Below the pieces are notes generated by a model that saw nothing but the letters and a program-made list of their open reading frames with translations, was not told the origin of the DNA and made no database searches. A DNA stretch of 64,000 nucleotides from the human T2T-CHM13v2.0 reference genome, Homo sapiens, in NCBI RefSeq assembly GCF_009914755.1, contig NC_060927.1; one strand, written 5' to 3'. Below are positions 42,782 through 58,565 of the stretch, piece by piece. Within the stretch, counting starts at the first letter, position 1. Each line of letters starts with the position of its first letter. The position numbers were made by a program, and so were the translations under genes.

Positions 42782-43538
42782 CCTGGGTTTGACTTCTGTC
42801 TTTGGCAGTTACTAAGTCATATTTACTTGGTGAGGTAGGGACCTTTCTGCATTCCATTTTCTTACTGGAATCCCTATCTGGCCTTCCTTAAAAGTTACGT
42901 AGGTGGTTCCACATGAAAGAATGTATGTCACAGTATCTCGCTAAGTTTCATTAAAATGTTATAGCAGCATTAATACTTTTCTTGCATTAACAGGAGAAAA
43001 AGAGGAATATTTCGACTGATGTGATGAAAAGGTTTTCTGTCTCAGAAAGAGGATCTTTGTGGCCTAAAGCCTCTGAAGTCCAGTCTAACTGTTAATTTCT
43101 TATGCCATTGTCTAGGGCTGGAGAAGTGGCTTAAAACATATTATTTATGATCTTATTAATGATATATGTTTATAGATGATCGGATATAAAAGACCTAGTC
43201 TGTATACTGATTTATGACCCATATATTCACCATTATGATACCACAGCTTCTTCATTTGCTTACCTTCCACTTGTATAAATTTCTAGCTCCTACATGTTTT
43301 GCCTTATTGTTAATACTGTTATGTGAAATCCACATCTTATTATATTCAGCCTTGAATATAAAAGGCAGACAAGCCATTCGTATTTGCCAGTGTAATTATG
43401 TGCTTATGATATTTTCATACAGTTTAAAATAGTTGATGCTATATGGATTTATCACAGTATTTTGTAATACATTTTTACTTGCTGCTTAATTTGAGGAGGA
43501 AATATTTTGAAGTTTCTCTTTTCTTTGTTTTCCCTCAG

Positions 43539-43668
43539 AGCTACCAATCCATCCTTTAAGGAAGTATTGTCAAGGATTGAGTCCCATGAAGACTGTAGGA
43601 ACTTACCCATGATCTCTTTTCTCATTCTCCCCATGCAGAGGGTGACCCGCCTTCCCCTGCTGATGGAT
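43539..43668 (+). CDS. ARHGEF26: ARHGEF26 coding exon, DH domain CR3, 130 bp
   Basis: ttctttgttttccctcag acceptor; GTAAGA donor at 43669. TT+A completes Leu, then [43 protein letters not shown] (LI.P.QR..R.PLL motif). Confidence 0.97.
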
Positions 43669-46082
43669 GTAAGACATGACGGTGGCTTTTTCCTCTGTGG
43701 ATAGCTGTGCTTCTCTAAATCTGATTTAGAAAATTATTATTATTCCACTTAAATTGATGCATATTTAAAGGTCTAAAAATCCCCCAATTAAGTGAGAAGG
43801 TGTTGTTTGTTCAGAAAGTCTCACCTGTATCTGATATCTCTGGAAATTATCTTTCATTTAGGCTTCTATGGTCATTCTGAAGAAATTGGATCTCATCACC
43901 CACTTACTCAGCATTTTTTGAAATAGGAAGAGTTGTGGCTTCTTTATGTCAGGAGGCCTGGATTCCAATTCTAGCTAAGCCATTAGGCATGTGACCTTGA
44001 GCAACTCAGTCTCTTTGGGCCTAAGATTCCTCAGACTGATCACTGAGATCCCTTCATCTATAATGTTCCAAGGTGCCCTGGGCCTTCCATTTCATACAGG
44101 AATGAGAGTCTCTTCAGCATGACAAGGCATAGTACTGCCTGTATTATGCATTGTGCGAAGTGAGTGAGGAAAGCCCAGCTTCCTTCTTGTGTTAGGCAGC
44201 ATTCATGAGGAAAGCAAGTGTTTTTGACTTTGAATCACGGCAAGACATGACTGGGAAAAGTGAGTAGAGTCTGCCTAGTAGTACGTGCAGCTGGAAAGAC
44301 AGGTAGGCTATGGGCAGGAGAGCCTGCCACTGGCTGCACTGGAGCTGCTGGGGCAGCAAAAGAGAAAAGTGGGGTGGCTCGACACAGGTGCCATTCTAGC
44401 AGTGGACCACAGAGTGTCTTTTTGATCTAATTAGAAAATATTTTGTTACGATTTTCCTACTTTAAAATTGGATCATAATGTTGATATAAGGTCAACTTTT
44501 TACATACCTGATTTTGACTAATCAAAACAAAGTAAAATATATATTAAAAATTATGATTAAGGTTACAAAGTAAATTTCACATTCTGTATCCCATTGTAAA
44601 TTCTAAAATACATTCTTTAAAAATGCTGAAATTTTGAAATGTGTAAAAGCATGGAATCATGAGCATTTAGCTGACTGCTGCAGTTTTGGAGACGTTTTGT
44701 CAGGTATTTCAGGATTCATAGCACCTTGTGCTCCTCAAGTTTACTTCGATCTACTGCCTTTACACCTTCTCCACCCATCACCTGTAATTCAGGAACTTCC
44801 CCCCTGTGTACATATTGGGAAGCTTGCAGTTTTGAACATTTCACTTTCTGATTTTTTTTTGAGATCAGTATTTATCATGTTTAAAGATAGAATGTGGCTA
44901 AGTTATCAGAATCGAATTTTTGCTTAAGAAGGAAACTTTGGTCCATATAAGGAAGTATTATTTCAAACATGACTATTTTTTTAAGCAAGAAGTGAATGCC
45001 TTGTAAATACAACATTTCTTGTAATATTAGACTTTTGAATTTTCAGGGTTTTCTTCTTCTGAAAATGCATTTTATTCCTCTTTGAGAATTGAAATAAAAG
45101 AACAAAAATAAATAAAATGCATTTTAAACATGTTTTCCAGATTTTATATATGCTGTGATGGCCAAGCCTTTTATATCCTCTTTAAATTTGAGAAAATTAC
45201 TTGTATGGAATGGGACTCTAAAATCTAACACATTATGTTATACAGTGTTGGAGATTCATGCCATGATTGCTCAGTAGGCTTTAAACTTTTTTTAAGCCAC
45301 AGACCCCCCCTTGAGATTCTGAGTAAAGCTATAGCTTTTCTTCCCAGAGAATATGTGTATGCACAAAATTTTACATAAAATATCAATATATGGAATCCAG
45401 CTAAGGATGCCTGCTCTCAGGGACATAAACCAGTATTTTTCATGCTGCTTTCATACCCATTAGTGGGCCATAAAACTGATTTTTGAATTATGAGCATATG
45501 TACGTTGCTCATAAAGTGGTTAAATATTGTTTCATAAAATCCTGGTTCATTTATGTGTGCATGTGTGCTGGTTGCAGTGTAAAAGTATTTCTTACAGTGA
45601 GTCATAGTCAAAAAATATAAGAACCTCCACAGATGGTGCACTCTGTGTTTCTCACATAGCAGATAGTTAAAAATCTTGATGCCTGACTTTCAGATGGCTT
45701 GGCTTGGTGCTTCTGTACATTTAAGGGACCAGTGACTTGCTAGTAGCCAACTACTTTCTACCTCTGCCTGATGCCTGTTGCTCTAATCTGTTTCTCATGT
45801 GTGGAAATCTGGCCATTTAGGCAGAATGTAAATGTATTTAAAATAGTGTCTCTTCAATTTTACCTCATTTGGAAATTCAGTTAAGCTTGTTCATTAAAAT
45901 AAACACTTTCAGTAATTAAAGTGGTTCCCTGGGCTTTGAATGTGTGTGTATAGCTTTAAAGTTATATGTAATTAAATTTACCGTGAATTGACCCTGTTTG
46001 ACCTGATTTTCCTATCACAAATGAAATTTCTCAGTATAAATATATCAACAGAAAACCTAGCAGGCTTTTTTTCCTTTGCTGG

Positions 46083-46378
46083 TTTTTTTGGGTTTTTTTT
46101 TTGACTGTTTTTTCTTTGAGATGCTGTCACCCAGGAGTGCAATGGTGCGATCTCGGCTCGCTGCAACCTCCACCTCCCAGGCTCAAGTGACCCTCCCACC
46201 TTAGCCTCCTGAGTAGCTGGGACCACAGGTGCACACCACCATGCCTGGCTAATTTTCTTTTAGTATTTTTGTAGAGATGGGGTTTTTCCATATTGCCCTG
46301 GCTCCTGGACTCAAGTATTCTGCCTGCCTTGGCTTTCCAAAGTGCTGGGATTACAGACATGAGCCACTGTGCCTGGCT
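46083..46378 (-). mobile_element. Alu (J-type)
   Basis: caggctcaagtgaccctcccaccttagcctcc; dimer with small deletions. Confidence 0.9.
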
Positions 46379-46459
46379 GTTCTTTTTATTCAAAATGTAT
46401 CATCTATAAATATAATTGCCTCTAATAATAATGATTATAATGGTGATAATTAAAGTAAC

Positions 46460-46700
46460 TCTTATTTATTGAGGGCATACCCTATGCCAGGCACTAATAA
46501 AGAACTTTACATAAATTATCATTAACACTTCTAACAACCTTGTGATGTAGCTGGCATCACCCCAGTTTTACAGATGAGGAAAGAGAGGCTTATAAAGATA
46601 GAGTTAGTGACTTGCTCAAGATTTGATAACTAGTAAGGGCAGACCTGGGATTTGAAACCAGGGTTACCCACCTCTGAATTCTATCTTTCTTAACCATTCC
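46460..46700 (-). mobile_element. MIR
   Basis: atttattgaggg...atgccaggcact...ttttacagatgaggaaagagaggctt...gggatttgaaaccagg. Confidence 0.88.
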
Positions 46701-46894
46701 CTGGATGGACTTGGATCCTGTGTTTAAAGATTATTTCCTGGTTTTTAAATTGGGTTTTAATATTATCCTCATACTCATCCGTAATATCGTGTTTGGCATT
46801 GTTTGCTATGAGTAAAAGGATATGGCTGGACATTGGTTTTATTTTACTTAATAAAATAGATCAATAAATTTTGTTCACTTTTATTTCATTACAG

Positions 46895-46969
46895 ACTATC
46901 TGTCAAAAAACACCTAAGGACTCTCCGAAGTATGAAGTCTGCAAAAGAGCCTTGAAGGAAGTTAGCAAG
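46895..46969 (+). CDS. ARHGEF26: ARHGEF26 coding exon, end of DH domain, 75 bp (phase 0-0); absent from the ORF track
   Basis: ttatttcattacag acceptor; AAG|GTAACT donor at 46970. Reads TICQKTPKDSPKYEVCKRALKEVSK in frame with the previous exon. Confidence 0.93.
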
Positions 46970-47219
46970 GTAACTGTTGGGTGACAGTTTGTTTGTAAGA
47001 CAGGAAACCATTCAGTTAGCTCAGACACAAAGTGTGTCTTGGCTTGATGCTGAAAACTGGTAGAGTCTCACAGCCATTTGTACAGCGTTCTTTAGGTAGT
47101 TGAAAAACAAAATCATATTTGCTATACTCAGGTGAAGTTGGTATTTTTACTGTTTCAGACAGTTTTGTTTTAAGAGCCTACAGATACCTCATTTTCTTTT
47201 GGTGGCTGAATAGCTGTTT

Positions 47220-48600
47220 ATTCATTTCTCGTTCAGTAAATGTTTATTGAGTATCAACCACTGTGCCAAGAATGATGCCAGTTCTTGGAAATGCAGTGAT
47301 GAGTGAGGCACGTGTAGTCACTGTGCTCGTGGAATGTGCAGTGGAAAGAGGAGGGCAGACATTAAACAGAGTTACAATGAAGGGTAGTGGGTGATGTGAT
47401 AGGGAAGTCCACAGTGGTGTCTAAGCTGAGACCTAACACAGGAGTGGCTGTGAGCCCAGGATTGGGGGAAGAGAGTGTCTCAGGTATGTGTAGAGGTCCA
47501 AAGGCAAGAAAATATTGGAGATTTTGAAGAACTGGAATGTTCTCCATGTGGCTAGGATGCAATCTGAGAGACAGCACTAGGGAACCAGCTGTGTGGGGCC
47601 TTGTTATACATGCTAGGCTGTTGGGGGCCTGATCGTAAGATGATGTAGAGGCTAAATTCATGTATTATGAAGATGATAGTGGTGATGGGGCCAGTTCTGA
47701 GGCCAGTGATAGTTGATTAGGCAAGGGATGGCAGTGGCCCCTATTGACATGATGGTAAGGTGGTGAGAAGTCTACCTGTATACTGGGGAGGCAGACTTGG
47801 AAACTGATTGGGTGAGCACATTTCAGGACAGAAGTCAAGGAATATTGTCTGTGGCTTGGGCAGCAAGGTAGATGCTCTTCCTTCATCTACGATAGAAACA
47901 TAGGGAGAGTGGATAAGTTCCATTTGGGTTGTGTTGTCATTGAGATTCCTATAGAACGTCCAAGTTGGCTAAATAAACAAATCAGAAGCTCAGAGAGGAG
48001 ACCTGAACTGGAGACATGGATTTGGGAATCATCAGCATATGGACAATAGTTGAAGCTGGGTGAGTGGATGAGGTTACTTAGGGAGACTGGAATGAGAAGG
48101 GCAGTGAGCCTGAGGAATGACCATGAGGAATGCTAGCATTCATAGTCTTATTAGGGAAAATGAGCCAGTGGAGAAAACTAAAAAGAACAAAACAAAGTAA
48201 AACATACCAGGGAAGAGGAAGGAAAACCGTAATAGCTTGGCAAATGGCAGTTAATTTGGTGGTTAACTCTGTTGAATGCTTCTGAAAGATAAAGTGGGAT
48301 AATGATTGAAGTTATCCTTAGGTTTATCATCAGTAGGTTGTATACTGGGGTTGGGGGGCGGGGATAGGGAACCTGAGCTGAGTGTATTGAGAAATGAGAG
48401 GGAGGTGTGAATATGCAGCCAGCCGGCAGTGGTAGCTAACTGTCTAAATTCAGGGAGTAGAAAGAGAAAGAGCTGTAGCTGAAAGGGAAGTGAGAGAGGG
48501 TCTTCGTTAGTGTATTTGTTTAAAGATTAGAAAAATGTAGGTAGGGTTAGCTACTGATAGAAATATCTAGCTGAGAGGAAGCAATAGAAGGTGTAGGTGT
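47220..48600 (-). mobile_element. L2, about 1.4 kb of the 3' portion
   Basis: ttcagtaaatgtttattgag...tgtgcca terminus, then ctggagacatggatttgggaatcatcagcata and similar L2 phrases. Confidence 0.8.
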
Positions 48601-50354
48601 CACTGAGGATACTGTATGAGGTTGGCACAGAGGAGCAAAGATAATGGTAGCATCAGAAGCTTCCTAAATGTCTCCAGTTACATAGCCCTATATGAATTGG
48701 GTATGGCTTTGTACCACTTTGCTATGAAGTACTGTTTCTTTTAGTCAATTTACATCGAGTCACCATTTTACTTACCCTCTTCCTTGCCAATAATATTTAC
48801 AAAATCATGGGTTTTATTAGTTGTTTATTTTTCTAACATTTTTGTAGTAAAAGTAAGTGTATCTGTGAGCCACTTAAATTCATCTCTTCATCCCATCAGT
48901 GGTCTGCACACCTATTTTGGGAACAGTAAGTAAAGAAAGCCTGACAAGTGAGAAGTTACCTAAGGTACTATTGCCAGTGGTGCTTCCTCCAAGACCTCAA
49001 GTCCTGTGCTGCTTTCCTAGAGGAGGAACTGGGGAGGGAAACGGGGGAAGGTTTTTAGGAGAAACTACTAGAGAAGTTCTAGTCTTGGACATAAATGGGA
49101 TTTTGACAAATTTTGCCTGGTTGTTACTAAGAAATTGAAAAAAAAAAAGAATTTGCACAGAGAAAAAAATAGGAAGGTACTAGTAGTTGGTTGTTGAATT
49201 AAACCTGGAATGTTACTTAATTTTTTTCAAGAATTTTACATCTCAGTTACAGTAGATTACTACATTCCTTCAGGCATCTCTTGTTCACTTGATTTCATAC
49301 TGATACTTTCAGGAAAGGCTGGCAAAAATGTAATAGACCAGTGAGTTGCTTTACCTTGATACTATAAGTATACAAAAAGCTATCATGTGAAGAGATGTCA
49401 TTCCAGTGACTTGCTTTCTCTGAAGGGCATCATTCCTTTCTCTCTATTGAGCATGAATCATGAATATTAGAAATATTCCTTCAGTCTCCCAGCGTTACAG
49501 GGAAACTGAAATCGTTGATATAGTCAGCTCAATAATTAATCTTCTTTTTTATTTGTAAAGGTTACTGATGAGGTTTTATAGAATCTGGGAAAACAATATG
49601 AATATTTTCAGCAGAAAGAGTATGCATAGAGAGCATTTATGGTTTAGAATGAAAATGTAGAACTACACTTGTTTGCTTTATCAGAGAAATTGGGAGTTCC
49701 CAATATTTTATTTTAGAGAGTTAAATTTGGTATGTTGAGGCCCAAGGTTTAGAACCAGATGCTGCCTTAATGTCTTGGGTAAGTCTCTCTAGGTAGTTAC
49801 TCATTCTTGGAAAAAAAGAGTCATACCATTTTGGTAGTTAAAATAATGCAGTTTATTTGCAAGATGCGAATAATACTTCGCTGAAATTGCTCATGCATGT
49901 TGCCTTAAAGACTGTGACAATTTCTTTAATTTAGGGCCTTGGAAAGACTTACTGACCTAATCAAACAACTCAAAAACAAGAACAACATTTCTATAAAATG
50001 AAAATGTGCTTACCTCCTGATTTTCTGTTAACATGCTGGGGGGAGAAATTCTAGGGAATCTGATAATTTCCATAGGAATCTGGTAATTCAGCTCATCTAG
50101 AGTGATGTGTACCATGTAAGGAATAGTGATCAAGAGATGGTCTTATGCCAAATGAATCTTCCCTGTTATTTCCTTCTGTTTACTCTCCCATGGAAAGAGA
50201 ATGTCTGCTTTAACTCTGACCTCATCAAAATTCCGTTTAGAGTTGGAGATAGTGTTACATTATGAGCCTTTCTCCCAGAGGCAAAATAGTCAAGCTCTAT
50301 TTAATCTTTTCGTATAACGTATTGCTTCAGCCATTTACAAAGAAGTACATGTGT

Positions 50355-51135
50355 ATGACAAATGGCCAACAAACGTGAAAAAATGCTCAGCATCACTAAC
50401 TATAAAGGCAAATTAAAACCACAATGAGGTACCACCTTACTCCTGCAAAAATGGCCATAATTCAAAAATAAAAAATAGTAGATGTTGGCATGGATGTGGT
50501 GAAAAGGAAACACTTTTACCCTGATGGTGGGAATGTAAACTAGTACAACCAATATGGAAAACAGTATGGAGATTCCTTAAAGAACTAAAAGTAGAGCTAC
50601 CATTCAATCCAGCAATCCCACTACTGGATATCTACCCAAAAGAAAAGAAGTCATTATGTGAAAAAGCCACTTGCACACTCATGTTTATAGCAGCACAATT
50701 TGCAGTTGCAAAAATATGGAACTAATCCAAATGTCCATCAACCAATGAATGGGTAAAGGAAATGTGGCATATATACACCATGGAATACTACTCAGTTGTA
50801 AAAAGAAACAAAATAATGGCATTTGCAGCAACTTGGATGGAGTTGGAGACCGTTATTCTAAGTGAAGTAATTCAGGAATGGAAAACCAAATATCATGTGT
50901 TCTGACTTATAAGTGGGAGCTAAGCTATGAGGATGCAAAGGCATAAGAATGATATTATGGACTTTGGGGACTTGGGGAGAAGGGGGAAAAGGGCTTGGGA
51001 TAAAAGAGTACACATTGGGCACAGTGTACACTGCTCAGGTGATGGGTACACCAAAATCTCCTAAATCACCACTAAAGAACTTCTCCATGGAATCAAAAAC
51101 TACCTGCTCCCTGAAAAGTATTGAAATAAATTTTT
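50355..51135 (+). mobile_element. L1PB-type 3' end, 5'-truncated
   Basis: ORF2 tail plus 3'UTR ctaagctatgaggatgcaaaggcataagaatgat...aatcaccactaaagaactt. Confidence 0.88.
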
Positions 51136-53255
51136 TTATAGATAAGTAGATACAAAAGTATTTTTATTATTTTATTAATTTTGTGGGTACATAGTAGGTA
51201 CATATATTTATGAGGTACATGAGATGTTTTGATATAGGCATGCAGTGTGAAATAAGCACATCATGGAGAATGGGGTATCCATCCCCTCAAGCATTTATCC
51301 TTTGAGTTAAAAATAATTCAGTTAAACTCTTTATTTTAAAATGTAGGGGGTTATTATTGACTGTAGTCACCCTGTTGTGCTATCACATAGATCATATAGT
51401 AGGTCTTGTTCATTTTATTTTTTTTTTATACCCATTAACCATCCCCACCTCCTCCCCAGCCCCCGACTACCCTTCCTAGCCTCTGGTAAGCATCATTCTA
51501 CTCTCTATGTCCATGAGTTCATTTTTAAAAAAAATTTTTAAATCCCAAAAATGAGAACATGTAATGTTTGTCTTTCTGTGTCTGGCTTATTTCATTTAAC
51601 ATAATGACCTCCAGTTCCAGCCGTGTTGTTGCAAATGACTAGATATCATTCTTTTTCATGGCTGCATGATACTCCATTGTGTGTATGTACTACATTTTCT
51701 TCATTCTTTCATCTACTGATGGACATTTAGGTTGCTTCCAGATCTTAGCTATTGTAAACAGTGCTGCAGCCAACATAGAAGGGCAGATATCTCTTTGATA
51801 TACTACTTTCCTTTATTTTGGGTATATACCCAGCAGTAGGATTTCTGAATCATATGGTAATCAATTTTTAGTTTTTTAAGGAACCTCCAAACTGTTCTCC
51901 GTAGTGGTTGTACTAATTTACATGCCCACCATCAGTGTATGAGGGTTCTCTTTTCTCCACATCCTTGCCAGCATTTGTTATTGCCTGTCTTTTGGATATA
52001 AACCATTTTAACTGGAATAAGATGATATCTCATTGTAGTTTTGATTTGCATCTCACTAATGATCAGTGATGTTGACCTTTTCATATGCCTGTTTGCCATT
52101 TGTATGTCTTTTGAGAAATGTCTATTCAAATCTTTGCCCATTTTTGATTGGATTATTAGATTTTTTTTCTATAGAGTTATTTGAGCTCCTTATGTATTCT
52201 GGTTATTAATCCCTTGTCAGATGGCTAGCTTGCACATATTTTCCTTCTATTCTGGGGGTTGTCTCTTCCCTTTGTTGACTCTATACTTTGCTCTGCAGAA
52301 GCCTTTTAACTTGTTGTGATCCCATTTGTCCATTTTTGCTTTGGCTGCCTGTGGTTGTAGGGTATTTTTCAAGGAATTTTTGCCCAGACCAATGTGCTGG
52401 AGATTCTCCCCAATATTTTCTTGTAGTACTTTTATAGTTTGAGGTCTTAGATTTAAGTATTTACTCCATTTTGATTTGATTTTTGTATATGGTAAGAGAT
52501 AGGGGTATAGTTTTATTCTTCTGCATATGGATATTCAGTTTTCTCAGCACCATTTATTAAAGAGACTGTCTTTTCCTCAGTGTATGTTTTTGGCACTTTT
52601 GTCATAAATGAGTTCACTGTAGGTGTGTGGATTTGTTTCTAAGTTCTTTTTTCTGCTCCACTGGCCTATGTGTCTGTTTTTATGCCAGTACCATGCTGTC
52701 TTGGTTATTATCGCTCTGTAATATAATTTGAAGTCAGGTAAAGTCATTCTTCCAATTTTGTTCTTTTTGCTTAGGACAGCTTTGGCTATTCTGGGTCTTT
52801 TGTGGTTTCATATACATTTTAGGATTTTTTATATTTTTGTAAAGAATGTCATTGGTATTTTGTTAGGATTTACATTGAATCTGTAGAATTCTTTGGGTAG
52901 TATGGACTTTTTAATAATTTTAATTTAATAATTTAATTTAATAATTTTAATAATATTGATTCTTCCAATCCATGAACATGGAATATTTTTTAATTTTTTA
53001 GTGTCTTCTTCAATTTCTTTTATCAGTGTTTCATAGTTTTTCTTATAGAGATCTTTCACTTCTTTGGTTAATTCCTAAGTACTTAATTTTACATGTGGCT
53101 ATTGTAAATGAGATTACTTTTTAATTTCTTTTTCACATTGTTCACTGTTGGCATATAGAAATGCTACTGATTTTTGTATGTTGATTTTGTATCCTGCAAC
53201 TTTACTGAATTTGTTTATTCTGATAGTTTTTATTTTGTGGAGATCAAATATAAGA

Positions 53256-55673
<2,418 letters not shown>

Positions 55674-56574
55674 TTATCATCTGCAAACAGGATAATTTGA
55701 TTTCTTCCTTCCAAATTTGGATGGTGTTTATATCATTCTCTTGTTTGATTGTACTAGCTAGGATTCCAGTACTATGTCAAATAATGGTGGTGAAAGTGGA
55801 TATCCTTGTTATGTTCCAGATATTAGAGGAAAGGTTTTCAGTTTTCTCCATTCAGTTGATACTAGCTATGGGTCTGTCATATGATTTTTTATCATGTTGG
55901 GGTATGCTCCTTCTATACCCAGTTTTTGAGGGTTTTTAGCACGAAGGGATGTTGAATTTTATCAAATGCTTTTTCTGCACAATTGAAATGATCATTTTTT
56001 TTTGTTCTTCATTTGGTTGATATAATGTATTACACTGATTGGTTTGCCTATGTTGAACCATCCTTGCATCCCAGGGATAAATCCCGCTTGGCCATGATAA
56101 TCTCTCTTTTTTTTTTTTTGATAATCTTTCTAATGTGTTGTTGAATTCAATTTGCTAGTATTTTTTTGAGGATTTTTGCATTAATATTAATCATAGATAC
56201 TGTCCTGTAGTTTTCTTTTTTGATGTGTCTTTGTCTGGTTTTGGTATCACGGAAATATTGGCCTTGTAGAATTAGTTTGGAAGTATTCCCTCCTCCTCTA
56301 TTTCCTGGAATAGGTGGGGTAGGGTTGGTATTAGTTCTTTAAATGTTTAGTAGAATTCAGCAGTGAGGCCATTGAGTGTCAGGCTTTGCTTTACTGGGAG
56401 ACTTGTTATTACAGCTTCAGTCTCATTACTTGTTACTGGTCTATTCAGCTTTTTGATTTCTTCTTGGTTCAATCTTGGTAGGTGGTATGTGTATGGGAAT
56501 TTTCCATTTCCTTTAGTTTTTCTTTATTATTTGTTTTCTACCAATTTTGGGTTTGGTTGAGTTTCATTGTTAGT

Positions 56575-56887
56575 TTATTTTTCTTTTCCTTTTTTTTTTT
56601 TTTTTTTTTGAGACAAGAGTTTCGCTGTATCTCCCAGGCTGGAGTGCAGTGGCATGATCTTGGTTCACTGCAACCTCCGCCTCCTGAGTACAGGCGTATC
56701 TCATGCCTCAGCCTCTCAAGTAGCTGGGACTACAGGTACATGCCTGGCTAATTTTTGTATTACTTTTTAGTAGAGATGGGGTTTCACCATGTTGGCAGGC
56801 TGATCTCGATCTCCTGGTCTCCAGTGATCCCCCCGCCTCGGCCTACCAAAGTGCTGGGATTATAGGCATGAGCCACTGCACCCAGCC
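56575..56887 (-). mobile_element. AluS nested in the L1MA
   Basis: Full dimer with a poly-T tail. Confidence 0.93.
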
Positions 56888-58565
56888 TTTTCCTCTTTTT
56901 TGATTTATTCACTTACAGCTATAAAATTCCCTCTTTATACTGCTTTTAGTGTATCACATAGGTTTTGATATGTTGTGTTTCCATTATCATTTGTTTTAAG
57001 AAATTTTTACATTTCCTTAATTTTTTCTTTAACCTACTGGTCATTCAGGAGCATATTTTTTAATTTCTATGTATTTGTACACGTTCCAAAATTCCTGTTA
57101 CTAATTTTTAGTTTTATTTCATTGTGGTCAAAGAATATGCTTGATATTACTTCAGAATTTTTGAATATTTTATGACTTGTTTTGTGACCTAAATATGGAC
57201 AGTTATTGAGAATGATCCAAAGAATGTGTATTTTATAGCTCCTGGATGAAATGTTCTGTAAATATCTATTAGATCCATTTGGTCTATAGTGCAGATTAAG
57301 TCTGATGTTTCTTTGTTGATTTTCTGTCTGGAAGATCTGCCCAGTGCTGAATGTGGGATGTTGAAGTCTCTAGCTATTATGGTACTATGGTGTATCTCTT
57401 TCTTTACCTTTAATAATATTTGCTTTATATATCTATGTGTTCCAGTGTTGAGTTCATATATATTTAATATTATTATATCCTCTTGCTGAATTGACCTCAT
57501 TATCATTATATAGTGACTTTCTTTGTGTCTTCTTGCAGTTTTTTCTGGAAATCCATTGTGTCTGATATAAGTATAGCAACTCCTGTTTTTTTTTGTTTTG
57601 GTTTCCATTGACGTGGAGTATCTTTCTCCATCCTTTGTTTTTAGCCTATGTGTGTCTTTATAGGTAAAGTGTGTTTCTTGTAGGCAACAGATCAATCAGT
57701 CTTGTTTTTTCATCCATTCTGCCAGTCTGTGTCTTTTGATTGGAGAGTTTAGTCCATTTACATTCAATGTTATTATTGGTAAGTATGGACTTACTCCTGC
57801 CCTTTTGTTATTTGTTTTCTGGTTGTTTTGTGGTCTTCTATTCCTTCTTTCCTTCCTTTTTGTCTTCCTCTAGTGAAGATTATTTCCTCTGATTTAGTTT
57901 TTTGCTTTTTATTTTTTGTGTTTAAGGTTATCATGAGGCTTGCAAATATTATAACCCATTATTTTAACACAATAACAGCACTATTTGCATAAGCAAGGAA
58001 ACAAGCAAACAGAAAACTAATAAGAACTCTATGCCTTAACTTTGTACCCCCACTTTTAATCATTTTGTTGTTTCTGTTTATATCTTATTGTACTGACTAT
58101 GCCTTGAAAAGTGGTTGTAGTTACTATTTTTGATTGGTTAATCATTTACTCTTCTACTTAGGGTAGGGGTAGTTTACACACCATAGTTACAGTGTTATAA
58201 TATTCTGTGTTTTTCTATGTATTTACTATTAACAGTGAGTTTTGTACCTTCAGGTGATTACTTATTATTGATTAATATCATTTTCTTTCTGATTGAAGTA
58301 CTTCCTTTAGCATTTCTTGCAGGAAAGGTCTAGTGTTGATGAAATGCCTCAGCTTTTGTTTGTCTGGGAATGTCTTTGTTTCTCCTTCATGTTTGAAGGA
58401 TATTTTCACTGGATATACTATTTTATGGTAAAAGTTTTTTGCCTTCAGCACTTGAAATATGTCATGCCCCTCTCTCCTGGCCTGTAAGCTTTCCACTGAA
58501 AAGTCTGCTGCCAGATATATTGCAGCTCCACTGTATGTTATTTGTCTCTTTTCTCTTGCTGCTTT

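Noticed and set aside
52909-52955. AT-only tandem run inside the L1MA
   Set aside because: Simple low-complexity expansion.
57189-57695. 168-aa endonuclease-like ORF
   Set aside because: Frameshifted remnant of the L1MA ORF2 APE domain.
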